Source: Flavobacteriales bacterium (GTDB lineage Bacteria > Bacteroidota > Bacteroidia > Flavobacteriales_D > Sanyastnellaceae). From it: a DNA stretch of 64,000 nt. Positions 52,526 to 60,625 of the stretch are shown piece by piece. Location of the stretch: NCBI GenBank assembly GCA_045104985.1, contig JBGCDA010000064.1:24127-88126 (forward strand). Reading direction: 5' to 3'. The position numbers and the translations under genes were made by a program. Each line of letters starts with the position of its first letter. Within the stretch, counting starts at the first letter, position 1. Below the pieces are notes generated by a model. It saw only the letters and a program-made list of their open reading frames with translations. It ran no database searches and was not told where the DNA came from.

Positions 52526-54124
52526 ATGTATTTTCGTGCTATGAATGGCGATATACCTCTTAAATCCACATCTTTTTATAAGTCTCTAGTTACTGATTAT
52601 TTGAACCAAAATGAAGTGCTTTCTTCATTTACATCTGGTTTTCCTGCATTGGACAACTTTGAACGAAGCATAGAAAATAAATTCATGCCTCCAGCTCATA
52701 GAGCTGTTTTATCTTCTGTGCTGACCGAGCAATACAAAGGTCTCGCGGTCAATACTAAAGTGTCTGCTAATATTAATCTGCTGAAAGATTCCAGAACCTT
52801 TACAGTGTGCACTGGACATCAATTAAATGTGTTTACTGGGCCACTTTATTTTCTAATTAAAATAGCTCAAACCATCTCTCTAGCTAGAAGTTTAAAGACC
52901 AAATATCCAGGTTACAATTTTGTGCCTGTTTATTGGATGGCTACCGAAGATCATGATTTAGAAGAAATTAATCACTTTCATTTGTTTGGCTCTAAAAAAG
53001 AGTGGAGTACAAGTCAAACTGGAGCAGTAGGCAGAATGTATACATCTGGTTTAGAGAAACTGGCTGAGCATACTTCTCAATTATTTCAGAGAAGCCCAGA
53101 AGCTTTGAGTTTATTGGAAGAAATTAAAGCATCTTATGTTTCAGCTAAAACTCTTTCTCAAGCCACTAGAGCTTTAGTGCACACGCTATTTAAAGGTGAA
53201 GAACTAGTGATTTTAGATGCAGATTCGCCTAAGCTAAAAACGCTATTTGCACCACTCATGGAGCGCGAATTAGCAGACGGAATAGTTTATGAAAGATTAA
53301 ACCAAACAAATGAGCTGCTAGTTTCTAAGGGGTATCATGTGCAGGTCAATCCTAGAGAAATTAATTTATTTTACTTGACAGAAGGCCTTAGAACACGCAT
53401 TGTTAAAGACGGCATTAGGTTTAGGACCAATGATGATTCTGCCACATGGTCAGAATCTGAATTAATGGCAGAGCTTCACCGTCATCCTGAAAGATTCAGT
53501 CCTAATGCCGCATTCAGGCCAGTATATCAAGAGTTAATTCTCCCTAATATAGCTAACGTAGGTGGGCCTGGAGAAGTGTCTTACTGGCTCCAGCTTAAAA
53601 ACTTATTTGATGTGTGCAAAGTTGACTTCCCGCATTTAGTCATGCGGAATAGTTACTCATTTATCTCAGAAAAAAGTCTAAACACTGTTACTGAATTTCA
53701 CCTAGAGTTTAGAGATCTGCTTCAAAGAACGGAAGATCTTATGAAGCAGGCCACACTGAGCAGTGCCGACTTCTCATTAGAATCAGAGTTAGCAGAGTTA
53801 AAAAAACTATTTACTATAGTCTCAAATAAGGTAGAACTAATAGACCCCAATCTATTAGGACGTGCACATAGTGTGCTAAGCTCAGCTGAAAAACAACTTT
53901 CGCAGTTAGAATCTAAGGTGGTGAAGTCTATCAAAACTCAGCAAGAAACGGGGCTAAATAGACTTAAAAAAGTACAAGACCAGGTATTTCCGAATGGTGC
54001 TTTAGCGGAACGTTCTATTAACTTTTTAGAACTACTTAATTACATGTCATGGAAAGAATTAAAGGAAATTCTACTCGAAAATGATGTAGCTCTAGACGCC
54101 ACTTTAAAAGTCATTAGATACTAA
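52526..54124 (+). CDS. bshC: Bacillithiol biosynthesis cysteine-adding enzyme BshC (ATG 52541 is a plausible alternative start)
   Basis: About 530 aa. The N-terminal IPLKSTSFYKSLVTDYL pattern and overall length are typical of BshC, and ytxJ lies in the same window. Confidence 0.8.
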   Translation: MYFRAMNGDIPLKSTSFYKSLVTDYLNQNEVLSSFTSGFPALDNFERSIENKFMPPAHRAVLSSVLTEQYKGLAVNTKVSANINLLKDSRTFTVCTGHQLNVFTGPLYFLIKIAQTISLARSLKTKYPGYNFVPVYWMATEDHDLEEINHFHLFGSKKEWSTSQTGAVGRMYTSGLEKLAEHTSQLFQRSPEALSLLEEIKASYVSAKTLSQATRALVHTLFKGEELVILDADSPKLKTLFAPLMERELADGIVYERLNQTNELLVSKGYHVQVNPREINLFYLTEGLRTRIVKDGIRFRTNDDSATWSESELMAELHRHPERFSPNAAFRPVYQELILPNIANVGGPGEVSYWLQLKNLFDVCKVDFPHLVMRNSYSFISEKSLNTVTEFHLEFRDLLQRTEDLMKQATLSSADFSLESELAELKKLFTIVSNKVELIDPNLLGRAHSVLSSAEKQLSQLESKVVKSIKTQQETGLNRLKKVQDQVFPNGALAERSINFLELLNYMSWKELKEILLENDVALDATLKVIRY

Positions 54125-54144
54125 TCACTTATCTAAATGTTCTG

Positions 54145-54152
54145 TACTTTTG
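54145..54152 (+). promoter_or_regulatory. -7 box TACTTTTG upstream of the HAD-like gene
   Basis: Perfect TAnnTTTG 71 nt before the ATG. Confidence 0.4.
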
Positions 54153-54223
54153 TAACCCATACAAAGTAAAAAAGTAAATAGGGTATAAAATTTAACCTAA
54201 CTAGACCTGATAACTACTGTTAA

Positions 54224-54652
54224 ATGAGTAACGAAGCTAACCTTGAAGAAGCATTCGATGAGAATGGAGAACACATTAGTCCTCAACTGCCAGACGAGGT
54301 CAAAAATTACCTCATAGATATAGACGGCACTATTACAGAAGATGTGCCTAATGAGGAACCGGAGAGAATGGCGACTTGTGAACCTTTCCCTGATGCCTTA
54401 GAGATATTAAATAATTGGTATCAAGATGGTCACATCATCACATTTTTTACATCTAGAACAGAAGAGCACAGAGAGGTTACGGAAAAATGGTTAGATAAAC
54501 ATGGCTTTAAATACCAAGGACTATTAATGGGTAAACCGAGAGGAGGGAATTACCATTGGATAGATAATCATATAGTTAAAGCCACTCGTTTTCACGGGAA
54601 ATTTACAGACCTTATAAAGAAAACTAAAGAAATAGAAGTGTTCAAACGCTAG
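54224..54652 (+). CDS. Small HAD-superfamily phosphatase-like protein
   Basis: DIDGTIT motif I and TSR motif II; 142 aa. Confidence 0.6.
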   Translation: MSNEANLEEAFDENGEHISPQLPDEVKNYLIDIDGTITEDVPNEEPERMATCEPFPDALEILNNWYQDGHIITFFTSRTEEHREVTEKWLDKHGFKYQGLLMGKPRGGNYHWIDNHIVKATRFHGKFTDLIKKTKEIEVFKR

Positions 54653-54660
54653 GGAACTGG

Positions 54661-55077
54661 TCAACGCTGTATGCGCTCCATGTAGCGTTGGAGAATTATG
54701 GTAGCAGAAATTTTGTCTACTAGTTTCTTATCTCTACGTTTCATTTTAGGCACACCAGCCTGAATCATGGCCTGCATAGATTCTCGAGAAGTAAAGCTTT
54801 CATCTTCACGTTCGATTTTTATGTTAGGATATTTCTTTTCTAACGATCGAGCGAATTCATTACTGGGCTTGGTGTTGTGCGTGTCTGAACCATCATAGTT
54901 ATTCATTTCACCTACCACTATGGTTTCTACATTATTAGACGCTACATACTTTTTTATAAATTCATACAGGTCTTTTGTGTCTACTGCTGTGAGTGCACTA
55001 GCTATAATTTGAAGATCATCTGTTTCAGCTAATCCTGTGCGTTTACTTCCGTAATCTATTGCTAATAATTTAGGCAT
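54661..55077 (-). CDS. ruvX: Holliday-junction-resolvase-like nuclease RuvX/YqgF
   Basis: N-terminal LAIDYGSKRTGLA motif; 138 aa. Confidence 0.88.
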   Translation of the reverse strand: MPKLLAIDYGSKRTGLAETDDLQIIASALTAVDTKDLYEFIKKYVASNNVETIVVGEMNNYDGSDTHNTKPSNEFARSLEKKYPNIKIEREDESFTSRESMQAMIQAGVPKMKRRDKKLVDKISATIILQRYMERIQR

Positions 55078-55096
55078 AAAAATTCATTTCAGAGGG

Positions 55097-55104
55097 TATA
55101 TTTG
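55097..55104 (+). promoter_or_regulatory. -7 box TATATTTG upstream of dapD, abutting the 14-bp palindrome
   Basis: Perfect TAnnTTTG immediately 5' of TGCGTTGCAACGCA. Confidence 0.45.
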
Positions 55105-55118
55105 TGCGTTGCAACGCA
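55105..55118. repeat. 14-bp perfect palindrome TGCGTTGCAACGCA, intergenic
   Basis: Lies in the ruvX/dapD divergent region, 28 nt and 46 nt from the two start codons. Confidence 0.9.
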
Positions 55119-55163
55119 GATAAAAAACACCGCATACTTAGGACAAAATAAATCATTAAATCA

Positions 55164-55982
55164 ATGGATAGTAGAAAAGAGATCATAAATAAGGCTTGGA
55201 AAAATAGAGAGCTAATAAAGAATGAAGAAGTAAAAGGAACTATTCTAGAGGTGCTTAATGATTTAGATTTAGGAAAACTTAGGGTAGCAGAGCCTAAAGA
55301 AAATGGAGAATGGAAAGTAAATGAGTGGATTAAGAAGGCTGTGGTACTATTTTTTCCTATAGCAGAAATGGAAACCATAGAAGTTGGGCCTTTCGAGTTT
55401 CATGATAAAATCCCGCTTAAGAAAAATTATGCAGAGTTAGGAGTCAGAGTGGTTCCGCATGCCATAGCCAGATTCGGTTCTTTTGTGAATAGGGGAGTTA
55501 TAATGATGCCTAGTTACGTGAATATAGGAGCTTATGTAGATTCTGGGACTATGGTAGATACTTGGGCCACGGTAGGCTCATGTGCGCAAATAGGAAAAGA
55601 TGTACACTTGAGTGGAGGTGTAGGAATAGGTGGTGTTTTAGAACCTCTACAGGCTGCACCAGTAATTATAGAAGATGGTGCTTTTGTTGGAAGTAGATGT
55701 ATAATAGTTGAGGGGGTTAGGGTAAGAAAGGAAGCTGTGCTGGGTGCTAATGTAGTGCTCACCAAGTCTACAAGAATAATAGATGTAACTGGTGAAAAGC
55801 CAGTTATTCATAGGGGAGAAGTGCCTGAGCGCTCAGTAGTTATTCCTGGAAGTTATGCTAAGGAGTTTCCTGCGGGAACGTATAATGTGCCAGCCGCATT
55901 AATTATAGGAAAACGAAAAACCAGCACAGATTTGAAGACATCCCTAAATGATGTGTTAAGAGATTTTAATGTCGCTGTATAG
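55164..55982 (+). CDS. dapD: 2,3,4,5-tetrahydropyridine-2,6-dicarboxylate N-succinyltransferase
   Basis: Left-handed beta-helix hexapeptide repeats (IG..V.., GAFVGSRCIIVEGV); 272 aa with a DapD-type N domain. Confidence 0.92.
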   Translation: MDSRKEIINKAWKNRELIKNEEVKGTILEVLNDLDLGKLRVAEPKENGEWKVNEWIKKAVVLFFPIAEMETIEVGPFEFHDKIPLKKNYAELGVRVVPHAIARFGSFVNRGVIMMPSYVNIGAYVDSGTMVDTWATVGSCAQIGKDVHLSGGVGIGGVLEPLQAAPVIIEDGAFVGSRCIIVEGVRVRKEAVLGANVVLTKSTRIIDVTGEKPVIHRGEVPERSVVIPGSYAKEFPAGTYNVPAALIIGKRKTSTDLKTSLNDVLRDFNVAV

Positions 55983-55995
55983 GAGGATTGAACTA

Positions 55996-56451
55996 TTAAT
56001 CTATTATTTCGACTAATTCTATATCAAAAAATAAAACGGCATTTCCTCCTATATCTCCTCTCCCTGAAGGGCCGTAAGCTAATTCAGATGGAATAAACAA
56101 GGTGCCTGAGCCTCCTTCTCTGAAGAGCGGAATACCCTCTTGCCATCCTTCTATAACATTGGTAAGTCCGAAGGTTATTCCGTCTGGAGGACTCTGGTCA
56201 AATACATTACCGTTAGGATAATAGCCTGTATAGATCACTTTGACATCAGAAAAACCTGTAGGAAAATCCCCTGTGCCTGGTTCATCTATTATGTAATGCA
56301 GTCCTGAGTCTGTACTTTGTGCAGTTAGGTTATTATCTGAAAGGTAGCTTTTAATTTCTGCTATGTCTTCTTCTAACTGCTTCTCTGTATCTTTTTTGCA
56401 TCCTGAAAGAGCTACTAAAGAAACAAGGAAAAGTATAACTGAAAATCTCAT
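55996..56451 (-). CDS. FKBP-type peptidyl-prolyl cis-trans isomerase lipoprotein
   Basis: Lipobox LSGC and an FKBP core (Y.G....G..FD.S, VI.GW.EG, IP..LAYG). Confidence 0.88.
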   Translation of the reverse strand: MRFSVILFLVSLVALSGCKKDTEKQLEEDIAEIKSYLSDNNLTAQSTDSGLHYIIDEPGTGDFPTGFSDVKVIYTGYYPNGNVFDQSPPDGITFGLTNVIEGWQEGIPLFREGGSGTLFIPSELAYGPSGRGDIGGNAVLFFDIELVEIID

Positions 56452-56460
56452 GTGAACAAT

Positions 56461-57438
56461 TTAGGGTCTAAAATAAACCACAAATTGAAAAATTCCATCA
56501 GTAACTGCTGCCATTTTAGCATAATTCAATGTTTCTGGGAGATCTGAAGGTCTGTGGTAATTAGCGTTCCTATAAAATGACGTATCAGTAATCATTAAAG
56601 CGGTGTAGCCTTGATCCCAATAGTTATGATGGTCTGAAAAATCTATGCCTGGTACAGAAGCTGGAGCAGAAACCGAGCGGACATTTACACGGTTTTGATC
56701 ATTTAAAGAGCGTTTTACTTTTCTTAAAAAGTCGCCTTCGCCAAATTTAGAGACTACACTAATGTAGTTAGCTTTAGTGGGATATACCAGTTTCATAGCT
56801 TTCACTGGATAATCTTGAGAGCCTTTTACATCTGAGAAAAACCCTATCATTTCCACAGATATCATTCCTAGCACATCTACACTGTCTTTTTTTAGTGAAC
56901 GCGCATGCACTGCACTTCCCATCATAAAATCTCTAAAGAAAGGAGGTTCTTCTAAAGTATATGCCACTAAGTCTATTCTGAAGTCTAGCTCAGTACTATT
57001 GGCTTTTAGCATTCTGGCCAGCTCTATTATGGCACTCACACCACTGGCATTGTCATCCGCGCCCTGTTGCATGCCGCACACATTATAATGTGCTCCAATA
57101 ATTAGCCTTGGTGCATTTTCAGGGCCGAATGAACTGATGACGTTAAAGTATTCGTTTCTCTTGTCTTCAAACTTTTGTCTAGTCGTTCGTTCGGAATACT
57201 TGGCTAGCTCATCATAAATGTAATTTCCTGCTCTATGAAGCTCTCGAGTATTATTCCATGTGCGAAACTCATTTTCTCTGCACAAAGAATCCACATAGAT
57301 TTTCATGCGGTTGGAATCCGCCTGAACAGTAAAGTCAAGTTTTTTCTTGGTCGAAAATGTTGGATTGGTAAGTGCTAGTAAAGAAATAGTAGTAATACTT
57401 ATAAAACTTATAATTAAAACTAAAACTACTTTTTTCAT
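56461..57438 (-). CDS. M28-family metallopeptidase
   Basis: Zn-ligand contexts (IGAHYN, GADDNASGV, EEPPF, HH..D); overlaps the upstream gene by 4 nt. Confidence 0.8.
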   Translation of the reverse strand: MKKVVLVLIISFISITTISLLALTNPTFSTKKKLDFTVQADSNRMKIYVDSLCRENEFRTWNNTRELHRAGNYIYDELAKYSERTTRQKFEDKRNEYFNVISSFGPENAPRLIIGAHYNVCGMQQGADDNASGVSAIIELARMLKANSTELDFRIDLVAYTLEEPPFFRDFMMGSAVHARSLKKDSVDVLGMISVEMIGFFSDVKGSQDYPVKAMKLVYPTKANYISVVSKFGEGDFLRKVKRSLNDQNRVNVRSVSAPASVPGIDFSDHHNYWDQGYTALMITDTSFYRNANYHRPSDLPETLNYAKMAAVTDGIFQFVVYFRP

Positions 57439-58613
57439 TCTTCCTTATTAGAATCAGTTGTTTGGTGTTTTGCCTTTTTAGAACCTCTGTACATTTCATA
57501 CTTAATGAATCTGCACTCTAAAGATCCATTCATGAGTGGAATTTTTTTAGAAGGTCTTAAACCTACATTTTTAAACGCTTCAGTGTTAGAGCTTATTATC
57601 CAAGCATCAAATCCATTAAAGTCCTGTTTTAGTTTATCACCTATGCGTTTGTACAGTCCTATTACATCCAATTTACTGAGACGCTCACCATAAGGAGGGT
57701 TCATAATCATTACACCAGGTTCACCAGAGTAGTTTAGATGATCAAACTTGGCTTCCTTAAAGGTAATGTAGTCGTTCATTCCTAATTCGTTAGCGCTGTC
57801 TTGAGCCAGATGTACCGCCTTTATACTCATGTCAAAACCATAAATAGGCGCTTGAGGAGTAGTAATGGCAGACCTGGCTTCAGTACATACCTCTTTATAT
57901 AAATCCGCATTAAAATCTTTCCAGTTCATAAACCCGAATCTATCTCTGAGTAGGCCAGGAGCAGTGTTTGTAGAAATCAAAGCAGCTTCTATCGGCAGAG
58001 TTCCAGAGCCACACATAGGATCTATGAAGGGCTGAGTAGGTTCCCATCCAGAGAACTTAATTAGCCCAGCAGCCAGAACTTCATTTAATGGTGCTTGATG
58101 GCCAGAAAATCTGTAGCCACGCTTGTGCAGTCCATCTCCAGAGCTGTCTAGAGATATATCAAAATCTGCTTCACTCACCCTAATGTTAATTTTAATATCA
58201 GGGTTTACAGGATCTACATTAGGTCTACGTCCTAAATGTTCCCTAAACATATCTACTATAGCATCTTTAGCTTTTAGCGCTACATACTGCGAATGTTTAA
58301 AGAAAGTCGAATGAACTGAGGCTGTAATAGCGAAAGTTTGGTCCACATCCATTACGTCCATCCAGTTAAATTTGGCTATTTGCTTATAAAGCACACTCTC
58401 TTTATGGGCTTTAAACCAAAATAAAGGCTTTAAAATAGAAACTGCATAGCGCAAGTTTAGGTTAGCCCTATAAAGTAATTTTTGATCGCCTTCAAAGTAA
58501 ATGGCCCTTCTTTTAGACCGGATATTTTTAGCTCCTAACTCCTTAAGTTCTTGTTCTACTAATGGTTCCATTCCCATTAGGGTCTTAGCCACATATTTAT
58601 GTTGTTCACTCAT
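57435..58613 (-). CDS. THUMP-domain class I SAM-dependent RNA methyltransferase (RlmL/K N-half-like)
   Basis: SAM motif DPMCGSGTLPIEA and catalytic NPPYGERL. Confidence 0.85.
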   Translation of the reverse strand: MSEQHKYVAKTLMGMEPLVEQELKELGAKNIRSKRRAIYFEGDQKLLYRANLNLRYAVSILKPLFWFKAHKESVLYKQIAKFNWMDVMDVDQTFAITASVHSTFFKHSQYVALKAKDAIVDMFREHLGRRPNVDPVNPDIKINIRVSEADFDISLDSSGDGLHKRGYRFSGHQAPLNEVLAAGLIKFSGWEPTQPFIDPMCGSGTLPIEAALISTNTAPGLLRDRFGFMNWKDFNADLYKEVCTEARSAITTPQAPIYGFDMSIKAVHLAQDSANELGMNDYITFKEAKFDHLNYSGEPGVMIMNPPYGERLSKLDVIGLYKRIGDKLKQDFNGFDAWIISSNTEAFKNVGLRPSKKIPLMNGSLECRFIKYEMYRGSKKAKHQTTDSNKEE

Positions 58614-58830
58614 CGCGGTACAAAGGTCGTGTTTATTCCTTATCGCCTAAATCTCTGTTGCAACTAATGAACACCTTCATGGTGATTAGTTAAATCAGCA
58701 GCCTCAGATTATGGGAGTTAATGATTCATCTTTGGAATATCTTGTGGTAAGGCAATGATTGTAAGCCAATACCACAAGTATCCACCTAGGATATTACAGA
58801 GTATAACATAACAGTTTATTTTTTCAGTTT

Positions 58831-58864
58831 AAAGCGGTGAATTAGTTACTCACCGCTTTTTTTT
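58831..58864 (+). terminator. Orphan plus-strand intrinsic terminator with no upstream plus-strand ORF
   Basis: AAAGCGGTGA..TCACCGCTTT stem followed by T8 on the plus strand only. Confidence 0.65.
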
Positions 58865-58878
58865 GTGCTTTAGTTTTC

Positions 58879-58887
58879 GCGTTGCAA
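58879..58887 (-). repeat. GCGTTGCAA-family motif, intergenic
   Basis: Exact 9-mer between the orphan plus-strand terminator and the pruA terminator. Confidence 0.9.
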
Positions 58888-58912
58888 CCTTCCTAACGGC
58901 AGGCAAGCAGCA

Positions 58913-58949
58913 TAAAAAAAGCCTTCAGAAATAGTTCTGAAGGCTTTTA
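58913..58949 (-). terminator. pruA intrinsic terminator
   Basis: AGCCTTCAGAA-ATAG-TTCTGAAGGCT stem; a T7 run follows on the minus strand. Confidence 0.8.
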
Positions 58950-58971
58950 AAGCAATTAGTTAGTTCTATTC

Positions 58972-60597
58972 TTATCCTAAAAACGGGTACTTATAATCTC
59001 TAGGAGAAACGAGTGTTTCCTTAATAGTTCTAGGAGATACCCATCTTAACAGGTTCAATGAACTACCTGCTTTATCATTGGTTCCAGAGCCTCTGGCTCC
59101 TCCAAATGGCTGCTGACCTACTACAGCTCCAGTAGGCTTGTCATTGATGTAGAAATTCCCTGCAGAATTTTCTAAAGCCTTCATAGCTTCTACTATGGCG
59201 TATCTGTCTCCACTAAAGATGGCACCTGTAAGTGCATATTCAGAGGTTTGATCTACTAGCTCTAGTGTAGCTTTCCAGTCTTTATCTTCATAGACATAAA
59301 TGGTAATTACAGGCCCGAAAATCTCTTCACACATAGTTCTGAATTTCGGGTTAGAAGTTACTACCACAGTAGGCTCTACGAAGTATCCTTTAGACCCATC
59401 GTAATTTCCTCCTGCTATAATTTCTGCATCATCTTGTTCCTTTATGTAATCTATATAAGATGAAATTTTCTTGAAAGAGTTCTCATCTATAACTGCATTA
59501 ATAAAGTTACCGAAATCCTCTGGAGATCCCATTTTGAATGACTTTACATCAGCCACTACCTTTTCTTTTACCTCTGGCCAAATGCTCTTAGGAATATATG
59601 CTCTACTGGCAGCAGAACACTTCTGGCCCTGAAACTCAAAAGCTCCTCTAGAAATACCAGTAGCCACTTCTAACGGGTGTGCAGAGGGGTGAGCTACTAT
59701 AAAGTCTTTACCTCCAGTTTCTCCTACTATTCTCGGGTAAGTCTTGTATTTAGAAATGTTGTTTCCTATTTCTTTCCATAAATGCTTGAAAACTGCGGTG
59801 CTTCCAGTAAAGTGCAGACCAGCTAAATCTGGGTGGTTAAATACCACATCTCCTGCATCTGGGCCATCTACAGTAACCATGTTAATGACACCATCTGGTA
59901 ATCCAGCTTCTTTAAATAACTCCATAATTACCTGAGCAGAATACACTTGAGAATCTGCTGGTTTCCATACCACTGTGTTACCCATAAGCGCCACACACGC
60001 TGGAAGATTAGCTGCTATGGCGGTAAAGTTAAATGGAGTCACACAGAACACAAATCCTTCTAAAGGTCTGTACTCAAGTCTGTTCCATACACCATCTCCA
60101 GACTCTGGCTGCTGTGCATAAATGTCTTGAATGTAAGACGCATTAAATCTTAAGAAATCTATAAGCTCACACGCAGCATCTATTTCTGCCTGATAACAGT
60201 TTTTACTCTGCGCCAGCATAGTAGAAGCGTTCATTTTAGCTCTGTAAGGTCCAGCTAGAAGGTCTGCGGCTTTAAGGAAAATAGAAGCTCTGTGTTCCCA
60301 AGACATGTTAGCCCAGTCTTCTTTGGCAGCTAATGCGGCATCTATGGCATCTTTTACATGCTGTTTAGTTCCGTAATTAAAATGACCTAACACATGCTGA
60401 TGGTCATGTGGAGGACTCATGGTTTTCTTGTTTTCAGTTCTTACTTCTTCAGCCCCTATATACATAGGAACGTCTATAGTAGAGTTGAACATTTCTTTAT
60501 ACTTAGCTTGTAGTTCCTCTCTTTCAGGAGTTCCAGGAGCGTAGCTTAAAACCGGTTCATTGATAGGAAACGGTACATTGTAGATTCCATTTGGCAT
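58972..60597 (-). CDS. pruA: L-glutamate gamma-semialdehyde (1-pyrroline-5-carboxylate) dehydrogenase
   Basis: Aldehyde dehydrogenase motifs ETGGKD and catalytic Cys FQGQKCSA; 541 aa. Confidence 0.92.
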   Translation of the reverse strand: MPNGIYNVPFPINEPVLSYAPGTPEREELQAKYKEMFNSTIDVPMYIGAEEVRTENKKTMSPPHDHQHVLGHFNYGTKQHVKDAIDAALAAKEDWANMSWEHRASIFLKAADLLAGPYRAKMNASTMLAQSKNCYQAEIDAACELIDFLRFNASYIQDIYAQQPESGDGVWNRLEYRPLEGFVFCVTPFNFTAIAANLPACVALMGNTVVWKPADSQVYSAQVIMELFKEAGLPDGVINMVTVDGPDAGDVVFNHPDLAGLHFTGSTAVFKHLWKEIGNNISKYKTYPRIVGETGGKDFIVAHPSAHPLEVATGISRGAFEFQGQKCSAASRAYIPKSIWPEVKEKVVADVKSFKMGSPEDFGNFINAVIDENSFKKISSYIDYIKEQDDAEIIAGGNYDGSKGYFVEPTVVVTSNPKFRTMCEEIFGPVITIYVYEDKDWKATLELVDQTSEYALTGAIFSGDRYAIVEAMKALENSAGNFYINDKPTGAVVGQQPFGGARGSGTNDKAGSSLNLLRWVSPRTIKETLVSPRDYKYPFLG

Positions 60598-60616
60598 GTG
60601 TCGTTGTGTTTTTTTT

Positions 60617-60625
60617 GCGTTGCAA
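60617..60625 (-). repeat. GCGTTGCAA-family motif, intergenic
   Basis: 19 nt upstream of the pruA ATG (minus strand), preceded on the + strand by T6. Confidence 0.9.

Noticed and set aside
55070-55378. The 102-aa minus-strand ORF spanning the ruvX/dapD intergenic region; also 31078-31347 (+), 39584-39826 (+) and 37816-38004 (-).
   Set aside because: These overlap well-supported genes or promoter regions, have hydrophobic or low-complexity translations, and show no homology signal that I recognise.
1394-60625. The GCGTTGCAA excess explained as a repeated protein motif or codon-usage artefact.
   Set aside because: Coding copies occur in all three frames, on both strands and in unrelated proteins, and 12 copies are intergenic. 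GCG appears to be a rare Ala codon here (impression by eye).
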